A stretch of DNA of 64,000 nt from contig OZ024760.1 in the NCBI GenBank assembly GCA_964016885.1, forward strand, positions 34,844,001-34,908,000, read 5' to 3'. The translations under genes and the position numbers were made by a program. Under the pieces are notes generated by a model that worked only from the letters and a program-made list of their open reading frames with translations, made no database searches and was not told the DNA's origin. The first letter of the stretch is position 1. Each line of letters starts with the position of its first letter. The stretch is from Eledone cirrhosa (taxonomy: Eukaryota). Shown here piece by piece: positions 1 through 9,879 of this stretch.

Positions 1-630
1 ATTTACACTGTTTTTGTCTGGTTGATATTAAAAGAGTTATATCTACACCGTTTTGTCTGGGTTATATTAAAACGGTTATATCTACAGTGTTTTGTCTGGG
101 CTATATTAAAAGGGTTATATCTACACTGTTTTGTCTGGGTTATATTAAAAGGGTTATATCTACAATGTTTTGTCTGGGTTATATTAAAAGGGTTATATCT
201 ACACTGTTTTGTCTGGTTGATATTAAAAGGGTTATATCTACACTGTTTTGTCTGGGTTATATTAAAAGGGTTATATCTATTCTCTTTTGTCTGGGTTATA
301 TTAAAAGGGTTATATCTACACTGTTTTGTCTGGTTGATATTAAAAGGGTTATATCTACACTGTTTTGTCCCGGTTGATATTAAAAGTGTTATATCTACAC
401 TATTTTGTCTGGGTTATATTAAAAGGGTTATATCTACACTGTTTTGTCCTGGTTGATATTAAAAGGGTTATATCTACACTGTTTTGTCTGGGTTATATTA
501 AAAGGGTTATATCTACACTGTTTTGTCCTGGTTGATATTAAAAGGGTTATATCTACACTGTTTTGTCTGGGTTATATTAAAAGGGTTATATCTACACTGT
601 TTTTGTCTGGGTTATATGAAAAGAGTTAAT
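1..630. repeat. 39-bp minisatellite, left part (unit gggttatattaaaagggttatatctacactgttttgtct)
   Basis: Direct tandem periodicity. The ORF track shows the matching 13-aa repeat (VILKGLYLHCFVW). The array runs off the window start. Confidence 0.95.
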
Positions 631-635
631 ACAAC

Positions 636-818
636 GGTGGATTGGCAGTATCGGTAGAGAGACGGACACCATGCTTTGAAGCATAGAGTTACGTCCCTTT
701 ATGATCTGAGTTCAAATTCCGCCGAGGTTAACTTTGCCTTTCATCCTTACGGGGTCGATTAAATAAAGTACCAGTAATGTACTGGGTATTTTCTGGCCTT
801 GTGCCAAAAGTAGAAACA
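636..818 (+). mobile_element. tRNA-derived SINE (family 1) inserted in the 39-bp minisatellite
   Basis: Pol III A-box-like tggcagtatcgg and B-box gagttcaaattcc. The ~185-bp body is shared with copies at 5800, 6418, 60751 and 60947 and ends gtgccaaaagtagaaaca. Confidence 0.85.
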
Positions 819-2005
819 GTTACATTAAAAGGGTTATATCTACACTGTTTTGTCTGGTTCATATTAAAATGGTTATATCTACACTGTTTTGTCTGGGTTA
901 TATTAAAAGGGTTATATCTACACTGTTTTGTCTGGGTTATATTAAAAGGGTTGTATCTATACTGTTTTGTCTGGGTTATATTAAAAGGGTTATATCTACA
1001 CTGTTTTTGTCTGGCTTATATTAAAAGGGTTATATTTACACTGTTTTGTCTGGGTTATATTAAAAGGGTTATATCTACAGTTTTGTCTGGGTTATATTAA
1101 AAGGGTTATATCTACACTGTTTTGTCCTGGTTGATATTAAAAGGGTTATATCTACACTGTTTTGTCCTGGTCGATATTAAAAGGGTTATATCTACACTGT
1201 TGTTGTCTGGGTTATATTAAAAGTGTTATATCTACACTGTTTTGTCTGGGTTATATTAAAAGGGTTATATCTACACTATTTTGTCCTGGTTGATATTAAA
1301 AGGGTTATATATATACTGTTTTTGTCTGGGTTATATTAAAAGGGTTATATCTACACTGTTTTGTCTGGGTTATATTAAAAGGGTTATATTTACACTGTTT
1401 TGTCTGGGTTATATTAATAGGGTTATATCTACACTGTTTTGTCTGGGTTATATCTACACTGTTTTGTCTGGTTGATATTAAAAGGGTTATACCTACACTG
1501 TTTTGTCTGGGTTATATTAAAAGGGTTATATCTACAGTTTTGTCTGGGTTATATTAAAAGGGTTATATTTACACTGTTTTGTCTGGTTGATATTAAAAGG
1601 ATTATATTTACACTGTTTTGTCTGGTTGATATTAAAAGGGTTATATCTACACTCTGTTGTTTGGTTTATATTAAAAGGGTTATATCTATACTGTTTCGTC
1701 CTGGTTGATAGTAAAAGGGTTATATCTACACTGTTTTGTCTGGGTTATATTAAAAGGGTTATATCTACACTATTTTGTCTGGGTTTTATTAAAAGTGTTA
1801 TATCGACACTGTTTTGTCTGGTTGATATTAAAAGGGTTATATCTACACTGTTTTTGTCTGCGTTCTATTAAAAGGGTTATATCTACACTTTTTTGTCTGA
1901 GTTATATGAAAAGGGTTATGTCTACAGTGTTTTTGTCTGGTTGATATTAACAGGGTTTTACAATGTTTTTGTCTGGTTGATATTAAAAGGGATATGTCTA
2001 CACAG
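819..2005. repeat. 39-bp minisatellite, right part
   Basis: The same unit resumes after the SINE and degenerates near 1900-2005. Confidence 0.95.
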
Positions 2006-2832
2006 TTTGTGTAATACTCACTACATCACTGTTGATTCACACATCAGATACACAATTCGTCAACATGAATGTTCAACAGAGAATCCATATTCAAACACTG
2101 CTAATTATTTTCTCAGTCTATCCCAAGACACAAACAAACCTATTGATTGCTTCACATTCAGTTCATATGCTGATTGTTAACCGAAATATTGAATCTAAAA
2201 TCTAGAGTATGAATGATCTGGGGCAATTATTAAGTTGTTTATTCTCTGCTGCCAAATCTAATCTCTCTTTAACTGTACATTTGTAATAAGAGAAAAAAAG
2301 AAGAGATAAGATAGAACAATATTATCTTTTTTTAATTTTTTTTGTTTCTATCTCTTTTTTTCTATTATCATCCTTCAGTCTGGTTATTTCCGCAATAATG
2401 ATATTTTTTTTTATTTTTATATATTTATACATTTTGTTTGTCTTGATGTATTCTTTATTTCTTCTGTTACCTAACTCACTACAACAACAAAAAAGCCATT
2501 TTTCTTTCTTCAATATTTATTTATGTTTTTAAAAAAATTAGGAATTGCATTTTGTTCCTTTTTGATTGTTATTATTGATTTTTTTTTCATCAACTTTTGT
2601 TTTCTTTACTTAAAATCTAATTTTTTTGTTCCTAATTCTTTTATTCCGTGTGAATATAAATTTTATTACATTAAAAAAAAACAGATTGTGTATCTAAACA
2701 CAGTTTATAAAATAAATGATTTACAAAAGAAACAAAACAATAAATATTAGTCAGAGAAAAATCATCCCAGAGAAGTCATACACTGTTAATAACACACAAC
2801 AAGGAAGAAGGGCTGATGGTTGTTCCCTTTAA

Positions 2833-3001
2833 CCCTTTAGTATTTAAACCGGCCGTATCCAGCCAGAATTCTCTCACCTCTTTCTGTTCAAACCGGCTGT
2901 AACTAGCTGCTCATACTGATGTTAAGCTATTGTTCTCAAAATAAATAACATCAAAATCTCATAGATTCAATATTATGTGAGATAATAATAGTTGAAAAGG
3001 G
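2833..3001 (+). mobile_element. piggyBac-type MITE family A, copy 1 (internally shortened)
   Basis: TTAA at 2829-2832, then CCCTTTAG. The body matches 7378-7530 and is the reverse complement of 6620-6777. The right end is degenerate (aaaaggg|ttga). Confidence 0.7.
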
Positions 3002-3070
3002 TTGAAAACAATTGGGGGATAAAGGGTTAAAAACAATCGGGGGAGTAAAGGGTTAAAAACAATCGGGGGA
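2993..3070. repeat. ~25-bp tandem triplication of the MITE right terminus plus flank (aaagggttaaaaacaatcggggga)
   Basis: Three imperfect copies visible directly. Confidence 0.7.
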
Positions 3071-3200
3071 TTGTAAGTCGTTAGAGCATTAGACAAATGC
3101 TTTGCATTATTTTTTGTGGCTCATTACATTCTGAGTTCAAATCCTGCTATGGTCAACTATGTTTTCATAAATAAAATAAAGTCTTGGTCAACTATTGTGG
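3071..3200 (+). mobile_element. Degenerate tRNA-derived SINE related to family 1
   Basis: B-box ctgagttcaaatcctgc, followed by ggtcaact and aaataaagt as in family 1. Confidence 0.5.
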
Positions 3201-3289
3201 TCAATACAATCATTTCTGTAGTCTATATTAATATTACAGCTACTTTCATTTTAATGAAAATGAGAACCCAGCCATAGAAAATGAACCAA

Positions 3290-3398
3290 AAGCAGAGCAT
3301 ACAAACAAAACATGGTCACCTGACCTGTCTAGCCTCAGTATATGACAGTCTAACCCATGCAAACATGGAAAATAGACATTAGATGGTGATGATGATGA
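3290..3398 (+). mobile_element. Fragment of a dispersed repeat ending in ccatgc..catggaaaa..gacatt..(gat)n (family 3, retroposon-like tail)
   Basis: The reverse complement of this tail recurs at 4047-4100, 7143-7187, 55684-55730 and 62547-62600. Confidence 0.45.
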
Positions 3399-3499
3399 TT
3401 TGTGTGTGTTTAAGAAGGAAGGTATATTCAGCCAAGGTAACAGAAACAATAGTAGTATCAATATAATAATGTTAGAGCTGTGTTGATTCTGACGACGAA

Positions 3500-3745
3500 T
3501 GTTCTAGTTGTTTGATCAACTGGACAGTGTCTGAGCATTCCACAGATACGTATCTCTTTAACATAATTCTCAGGGAGACTTGGCATGCCATAGAGTATGA
3601 TAAAACGGGCTCTTTGAATTACAGGTGTAACCAATATTAGCCAGCTGAGGTAGACTTGAGCAATGTGAAATAAAGTGTCTTGCTCAAGGATACACAACAC
3701 ACAACTGTAAGATTGTCAGTTGAACATTCTAACCACTAAGCCACA
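3500..3745 (-). mobile_element. tRNA-derived SINE family 2
   Basis: Shares gagcattccacag and gcaatgtgaaataaagtgtcttgctcaagga with 7590-7775. It is the reverse complement of 53843-54140. Confidence 0.65.
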
Positions 3746-3774
3746 TATCTTCCAAAATATATGAATATAATAAT

Positions 3775-4046
3775 GTACCAGTAAAGTACTGGGGTCGATA
3801 TCCTCCTCCTCCAAAATTGCTGGCCTTGTGTCAGTGTTAGAACGAATTATATTTTAAGGTGGTGGCTTATCTGGAGCATCAGATGAAATACATTGCAGTA
3901 TTTTGTTACATGTTTTGGGTTCAAATTCTGTTGAGGTCAACTTTGTCTTTTATCCTTTCAAACTTCATACACTGAAGTACCAGTTATGTACTAGGGGTCA
4001 ATATCATTAATTTTTCACTTCCCCTAAAATTGCTGGTCTTGTGCCA
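3775..4046 (+). mobile_element. Older family-1-related SINEs: a 3' fragment (3775-3850) and a decayed full copy (3858-4046)
   Basis: gggttcaaattctg B-box, ggtcaactttg..tttatccttt, gtaccagt..gtact and aaaattgctggccttgtg motifs. Confidence 0.6.
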
Positions 4047-4260
4047 ATCATCATCATCACCGTCTAATGTTCAACATTTCCATGCAAGCATGGGTTAAAC
4101 GAGTTGTCCCTTAAGAAACAAGTCAGATCAGGTGACCATGTCTTGTTTATACAGAACTGATTCTGGTTAGGTTTCTATGGCTGGATGCCCTTCATAATGC
4201 CAACTACATTTACATTGTGGAGAAAGGGTGCTTTTTGTCATGGCACCAAGACGACAACTT
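4047..4260 (-). mobile_element. Family 3 dispersed repeat
   Basis: (cat)n...ttccatgcaagcatgggtt, then gctggatgcccttc, a motif also seen near 4695 and 4904. Confidence 0.5.
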
Positions 4261-4537
4261 CATAGTATGGGCTGGGACTGGGAAAAAGGGGTGTAAGGAT
4301 GTGGGTGAAGGGTGGAGTGGAAGATGTATGGAAGGGAAGGAGCGTAGAGTAGGGGGAAGAGGGGCATATAGATGTATGCTTCAACTAATGTTAAAAGGAA
4401 TTCTATTTATTACAAAATGTATACATGTGAATAAAACTGGAAATGTCTAATGTTCCTCCACAGTTGTCAATAATTCTTCCATTCCATCATTCCATTCCGT
4501 CGTCATTCAATTCTCTTCTATTCTAATTATTTTTTAG

Positions 4538-4621
4538 GTCTATAAAGTTGTGGTCAACTCTGCTGGACGGACGTGGTTCATCTTTCGACGTTACAATGAA
4601 TTCCATTCTCTTTATGAAAAA
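4538..4621 (+). CDS. SGK3: SGK3-like kinase exon (84 nt), PX domain: VYKVVVNSAGRTWFIFRRYNEFHSLYEK
   Basis: ttttttag acceptor and gtaaga donor, phase 0/0. Contains the PX signature RRY.EF..L and resembles the vertebrate SGK3 PX N-terminal half. Confidence 0.93.
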
Positions 4622-5050
4622 GTAAGAACATTATATTTTTTTCTCTCAATATCACCACTACCGTTCAAATGGTATTTTGGCTGAGTTTTTTACAGCTGGA
4701 TGCCCTTCCTGACACCAACCACGTTTACAGTGTGGAGCTGGGTGGTCATGTTATGAGAAGGATCTGGCCAGTTAGCTGTCTTCTACCCTGCTCATGGCAG
4801 AACCATATTTTGGTAACTGGGTGGTCTCATTATGAGGAAGGTGTGGCCAGTTGGCCATACCTTACCTTGCTCGGGGCCATGTTTTAGCTGGGCTTTTGTG
4901 GTTGCTGGATGCCCTTCCAAAACACCATGTTTCCAACAAGTATAACAAATAAAACAAACATTTGTTGGACTAAATTGTTGTTGGGTGTCCGTCGTTAGGT
5001 TCCTTGTACAAGCTTTAATTAGTTTTCTTTTTCTCTTCCTGTCTTAATAG

Positions 5051-5196
5051 GTGAGAAAGGTGCACCCAGATGCCAATTTAAAATTACCTGGAAAGAAAAT
5101 ATTTGGAAATTTAGACCCTGATTTTATTCGACAACGAAGAGATGGCCTGGATGATTTCATACAAAAATTAGTCACACATCCAAAACTTTCTATTCA
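5051..5196 (+). CDS. SGK3: SGK3-like exon (146 nt), PX domain: VRKVHPDANLKLPGKKIFGNLDPDFIRQRRDGLDDFIQKLVTHPKLSI(H)
   Basis: Long pyrimidine tract plus aatag acceptor and gtaagt donor, phase 0/2. LP.K..FG..DPDFI.QRR.GL..F PX motif. Confidence 0.95.
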
Positions 5197-5269
5197 GTAA
5201 GTTATGTTTTTGTTTTTAGTTTGTATTTGTTTTGTACAAGAGTTTTGAAATATGTGGAAATATATTTAA

Positions 5270-5696
5270 CCCTTTGCATATCACAATGCTTGAAAGCAAC
5301 CATTGTTCTACAAAACAAAACTGTTTTAAAGTGTTTATATTTATCTAAAAACATTTCATTGTAATTTCATGTAAGAACCTTTAAGTTATGCTCCAAACAC
5401 TAGCTTAATTCATGAAACCACATTAGCAACACATTCTTCAATAGTACAAAACAGCACTATGATTACATCACATTAAAAATTAAAGTCTGTATTTCAATAC
5501 TGCAAATTTTCATAAGGATTTGTTCAGTAGTGAAAACACTATCAATATTTGAATGAACAAACCAATTTTAAAATATTTTCTCTTAGATCATTACAGGATG
5601 TTAAGAGTTGATAATGTCTCATTTCTAAATCCTTCCAAATTCTTGATTACTTCAATAATTATAAACTGCCATCATTAGAAATATGATAACGAAGGG
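5270..5696. mobile_element. Second piggyBac-type non-autonomous element (family B)
   Basis: TTAA at 5266-5269 and 5697-5700 flank imperfect TIRs CCCTTTGCATATC...GATAACGAAGGG. Only one copy here. Confidence 0.5.
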
Positions 5697-5771
5697 TTAA
5701 ATTCCAGTGTTTGTCATCAAATTCTTGTTAGTTTGTCACAAACATTTGAACAAGTGACAGAAGTTGTAGTT

Positions 5772-6197
5772 ACAGCTGTCCCACTTTATACCATATTATG
5801 TGATTGGCAGTATCGGTAGAGGGTCGGACGCCATGCTTTGATGCACAGAGTTATGGCCCTTTCCATTCTGATTCAAATCCCACCAAGGTTAACTTTGCCT
5901 TTCATCCTTACGGGGTCGATAAAATAAAGTACCAGTAATGCACTGGGTAATTGCTGGCCCTGTGCCAAAAGAAGAAACAATTATATATATAACTTACTCT
6001 AAATAACAGCTGTCCCACTTTATACCATATTATATATATAACTTACTCTAAATAACAGCTGTCACACATCTATACCACATTATATATATATAACTTTCTC
6101 TAAATAACAGCTGTCCCACATCTATACTACATTATATATATATAACTTACTCTAAATAACAGCTGTCCCACATCTATACCATATCTTATATATAACT
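5772..6197. repeat. 49-52-bp minisatellite (aacttactctaaataacagctgtcccactttataccatattatatatat) split by a SINE
   Basis: aaataacagc recurs at 6001, 6050, 6102 and 6154. A partial unit at 5772-5799 precedes the SINE. Confidence 0.85.
5800..5980 (+). mobile_element. SINE family 1
   Basis: Full alignment to the 636 and 60751 copies, with A and B boxes. Confidence 0.85.
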
Positions 6198-6306
6198 TAT
6201 CATATATATTTGTGTAGAAGCCAATTCAAATATAAGCTAACCACACTATTTTGTGTCTGAATAACAGGTTAAATTCCAAGACCCGTGTATAAACCAAGGC
6301 TGTCAA

Positions 6307-6777
6307 CCCTTTACCATTTACATTACTCTATATATACTATTGTATTTTCATGGTAAACACTTTATCTCACATAACATTTACATTACTCTATATTTACTAT
6401 TATATTTTCGTGGTAAAGGTGGTAGATTGGCAGTATCGGTAGAGGGTCGTACACCATGCTTTGCAACACAGTTACGTCCCTTTACGGACTGAGTTCAAAT
6501 CCCGCTGAGGTTAACTTTGCCTATCATCCTTACAGGGTCTATAAAATAAAGTACCAGTAATGTACTGGGTAATTGCTGGCCTTGTGCCATAAGTAGAAAC
6601 AATTATATTTTCATGGTAAACACTTTATCTCACATAATATCGAATCTATGAGATTTTGATGTTATTTATTTTGAGAACAATACCTTAACATAGGTATGAG
6701 TGGCCAGTTACAGCTAGTTTGAAGAGAAAGAGGTGAGAGAATTCTGGCCAGATGTGGCTGGTTTAAATGCTAAAGGA
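6307..6777 (-). mobile_element. piggyBac-type MITE family A, copy 2, with an internal 60-bp duplication and a nested SINE
   Basis: Reverse complement of 7378-7584. Flanked by TCAA (6303-6306) and TTAA (6778-6781). Confidence 0.75.
6418..6601 (+). mobile_element. SINE family 1 with a 19-bp target-site duplication
   Basis: attatattttcgtggtaaa (6399-6417) and attatattttcatggtaaa (6602-6620), 1 mismatch. Confidence 0.88.
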
Positions 6778-7113
6778 TTAATCAACACATTATGTATAGA
6801 TGGTGCAGTTTGTTAGATTTCATGAGTAGAGGGTATGTTTATGAAGTTATAATATTTTGATTAGTGTACAGTTTCACAAAATATTGACCTTGAATATGTC
6901 TACTCCACATTTTATTATCAATGGCTTTTGTTTTGATTTTGTCACATATTTCTCAGTTTATAAACACAAGTATATAAAGTATATACATGAGTATATACAC
7001 TACTTTAAATGACAGCTTTCCCAGTTCTACTATATCTTCTCATATATAATTTCAAGGGACAAATATGTAACTTTAAATAACAGCCATCTCAGTTCAACCA
7101 CCTCTTCGTATAA

Positions 7114-7209
7114 GTATATATATATATATATATATATATACCTCATTGTCATTTTAATGTCTGCTTTCCTTGCTGGCAAGGGTTGGACTATATATATATA
7201 TATATATAT
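7114..7209. repeat. Two (TA)n microsatellites flanking a short family-3 fragment
   Basis: Direct. Confidence 0.8.
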
Positions 7210-7377
7210 CACTTTAAATGATTAAATACCATTTAATAGCATAGATTAACCTGTTTCATTTTACAAAACTGTTTAATTAGCAATCTTGAGTAGATTAAGC
7301 TTCTGACATTTTATGATAGCTCCTGGCGTTATGTTTAACCTGCGTTGTTTCTGAAGATGATTGTTCCAGTTGTTTAA

Positions 7378-7584
7378 CCCTTTAATGTTCAAACCGGACA
7401 AAAGCGGCCAGAATTCTCTACCTCTTTCTGTTGAAACTGGCTGTAACTGGTCGCTCAAACTGATGTTAAGGTATTGTTCTCAAAATAAATACTTTCAAAA
7501 TCTCATAGATTCGATATTGTGTGAGGTAAAGCGTTTACCATGAAAATATAATAGTATATATAGAGTAATGTGAATGCTAAAGGG
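7378..7584 (+). mobile_element. piggyBac-type MITE family A, copy 3 (207 bp, intact ends)
   Basis: TTAA|CCCTTTA...TAAAGGG|TTAA (7374-7377 and 7585-7588). A TTAA TSD with CCC termini is the piggyBac hallmark. No coding capacity. Confidence 0.8.
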
Positions 7585-7589
7585 TTAAA

Positions 7590-7775
7590 CAACAGAGCAG
7601 CCTGATCATGAAATTAATGTGCAAGTGGCTGAGCATTCCACAGGCACGTGTAACCATGAGACAGTATATGGCATGGCTGACCCTTTCAATTACATGTACG
7701 ACTCATATTTTGCCTGATACAGTTGACTGAAGCAATGTGAAATAAAGTGTCTTGCTCAAGGACACAGTGAACTGA
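7590..7775 (-). mobile_element. SINE family 2 (partial)
   Basis: gcaagtggctgagcattccacag and gcaatgtgaaataaagtgtcttgctcaaggacaca. Confidence 0.6.
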
Positions 7776-9879
7776 AGCAATGGAAACTATTCTTTGATTG
7801 TGGCAATATATGATTCTATGAATGGATGGACTGTGCTACTCTAATATTTATGAATGAAATTAATTCTGAGATATACCTCCTAGACTGGGGTGTAGAGTCC
7901 GTCATTCCCTACCACAGGTGAGATATACCACCTAGACTGGGGTGTTGTGTCTGTCATTCCCTACCACAGCTGTGATATACCGCCTAAACTGGGGTGTAGA
8001 GTCTATCACTCCCTACCACAGCTAAGATATACCACCTAGATAGGGGCGTAGAGTCTGTCACTCCCTACCACAGCTGAGATATACCACCTAGACTGGGGTG
8101 TTGTGTCTGTCATTCCCTAACACAGCTCAGATATACCACCTAGACTGGGGTGTAGAGTCTGTCACTCCTTACCACAGCTGTGATATACCACCTAGACTGG
8201 GGTGTAGAGTCTGTCACTCCTTACCACAGCTGTGATATACCACCTAGACTGGGGTGTAGAGTCTACCACTCCCTACCACAGCTGAGATATACCAGCTACA
8301 CTGGGGTATAGAGTCTATCACTCACTAGCACAGCTGAGATATACCACCTAGACTGGGGTTTAGTGGCTGTCATTCCCTACCGGAGCTGTCATATACCACC
8401 TAGACTGGAGTGTCACCCCCTACCACAGCTGTGCAATACCATTTAGACTGAGGTGTAGAGTCTGTCACACTCTACCACAGCTGAGGTATACCACCTAGAC
8501 TGGAGTGTAGAGTCTGTCACTCCCTACCACGGCTGAGATATACCACCTAGACTGGGGTGTAGAGTCTGTCACCCCCAGCTGAGATATACGACCTAGACTG
8601 GGGTGTAGAGTCTGTCACTCCCTACCACAGCTGAGGTATACCACCTAGTCTGGGGTGTAGTGTCTGTCATTCCCTACCACAGCTGTGATATACCACCTAG
8701 ACTGGGCTGTAGAATCTGTCACTCCCTACCACAGCTGTGATATACCACCTAGACTGGGGTGTAGAGTCTACCAATCCCTACCAGGGCTGAGATATACCAC
8801 CTAGACCGGGGTGTAGAATCTGTCACTCCCTACCACAGGTGAGATATACCACCTAGACTGGGGTGTAAAGTCTGTCAGCTCTCTACTAAAGCTGGGATAT
8901 ACCACCTAGACTGGGTGTAGAGTCTGTCACTCCCTACCACAGCTGAGATATACTACCTAGACTGGGGTATATGGTCTGTCACTCCCTACCACAGCTGAGG
9001 TATACCACCTAGACTGGGGTGTAAAGTCTGTCACTCCCTACCACAACTGAGATATACGATCTAGACTGGGGTGTAGTGGTTGTCATTCCCTACCGGAGCT
9101 GTCATATACCACCTAGACTGGGGTGTCACTCCCTACCACAGCTGTGATATACCACCTAGACTGAGGTGTAGAGTCTGCCACACCCTACCACAACTGAGGT
9201 ATACCACCTAGACTCGGGTGTAGAGTCTACGACTCCCTACCACAGCTGAGGTATACCACCTAGACTGGGGTGTAGAGTCTGTCACGGTCACTCCCTATTA
9301 CAGCTGGGTATACCACCTAGGCTGGGGTGTAGAGTCTGCCACTCCCTACCACAGCTGAGGTATACCACCTAGACTGGGGTGTAGAGTCTGTCACTCCCTA
9401 CAACAGCTGAGGTATACCACCTAGACTGGGGTGTAGAATCTACCACTCCCTACCACAACTGAGATATACCAGCTAGACTGAGGTGTAGAGTCTGTCACTC
9501 CCTACCACAGCTGTGATATACCACCTACACTGGGGTGTAGGGTCTGTCACTCCCTACCACAGTTGAGGTATACCACCTAGGCTTGGGGTGTAAAGTCTGT
9601 CAGCTCTCTACTAAAGCTGGGATATACCACCTAGACTGGGGTATAGGGTTTGTCACTCCCTACCACAGCTGAGGTATATCACCTAGACTGGGGTGAATAG
9701 TCTGTCACTCCCTACCACAACTGAGATATACGACCTAGACTGGGGTGTAGAGTCTGTCACCCCCACCTGGAATATACGACCTAGACTGGGGTGTAGAGTC
9801 TGTCACTCCCTACCACAGCTGTGATATACCACCTAGACTGGGGTGTAGAGTCTGTCAGCTCTCTACTAAAGCTGGGATA

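Noticed and set aside
636-818. tRNA genes at the A/B-box motifs
   Set aside because: No acceptor stem or cloverleaf. They have long shared 3' bodies and TSDs, so they are SINEs.
22-1944. Cys/Trp-rich repetitive ORFs
   Set aside because: They are by-products of a 39-bp (multiple of 3) minisatellite, open in several frames, frameshifted and interrupted by a SINE.
5772-6197. Common ancestry of the 49-52-bp minisatellite with the 52-bp satellite
   Set aside because: Only two 8-mers (acagctgt, tataccac) are shared, with different spacing. Too weak without an alignment test.
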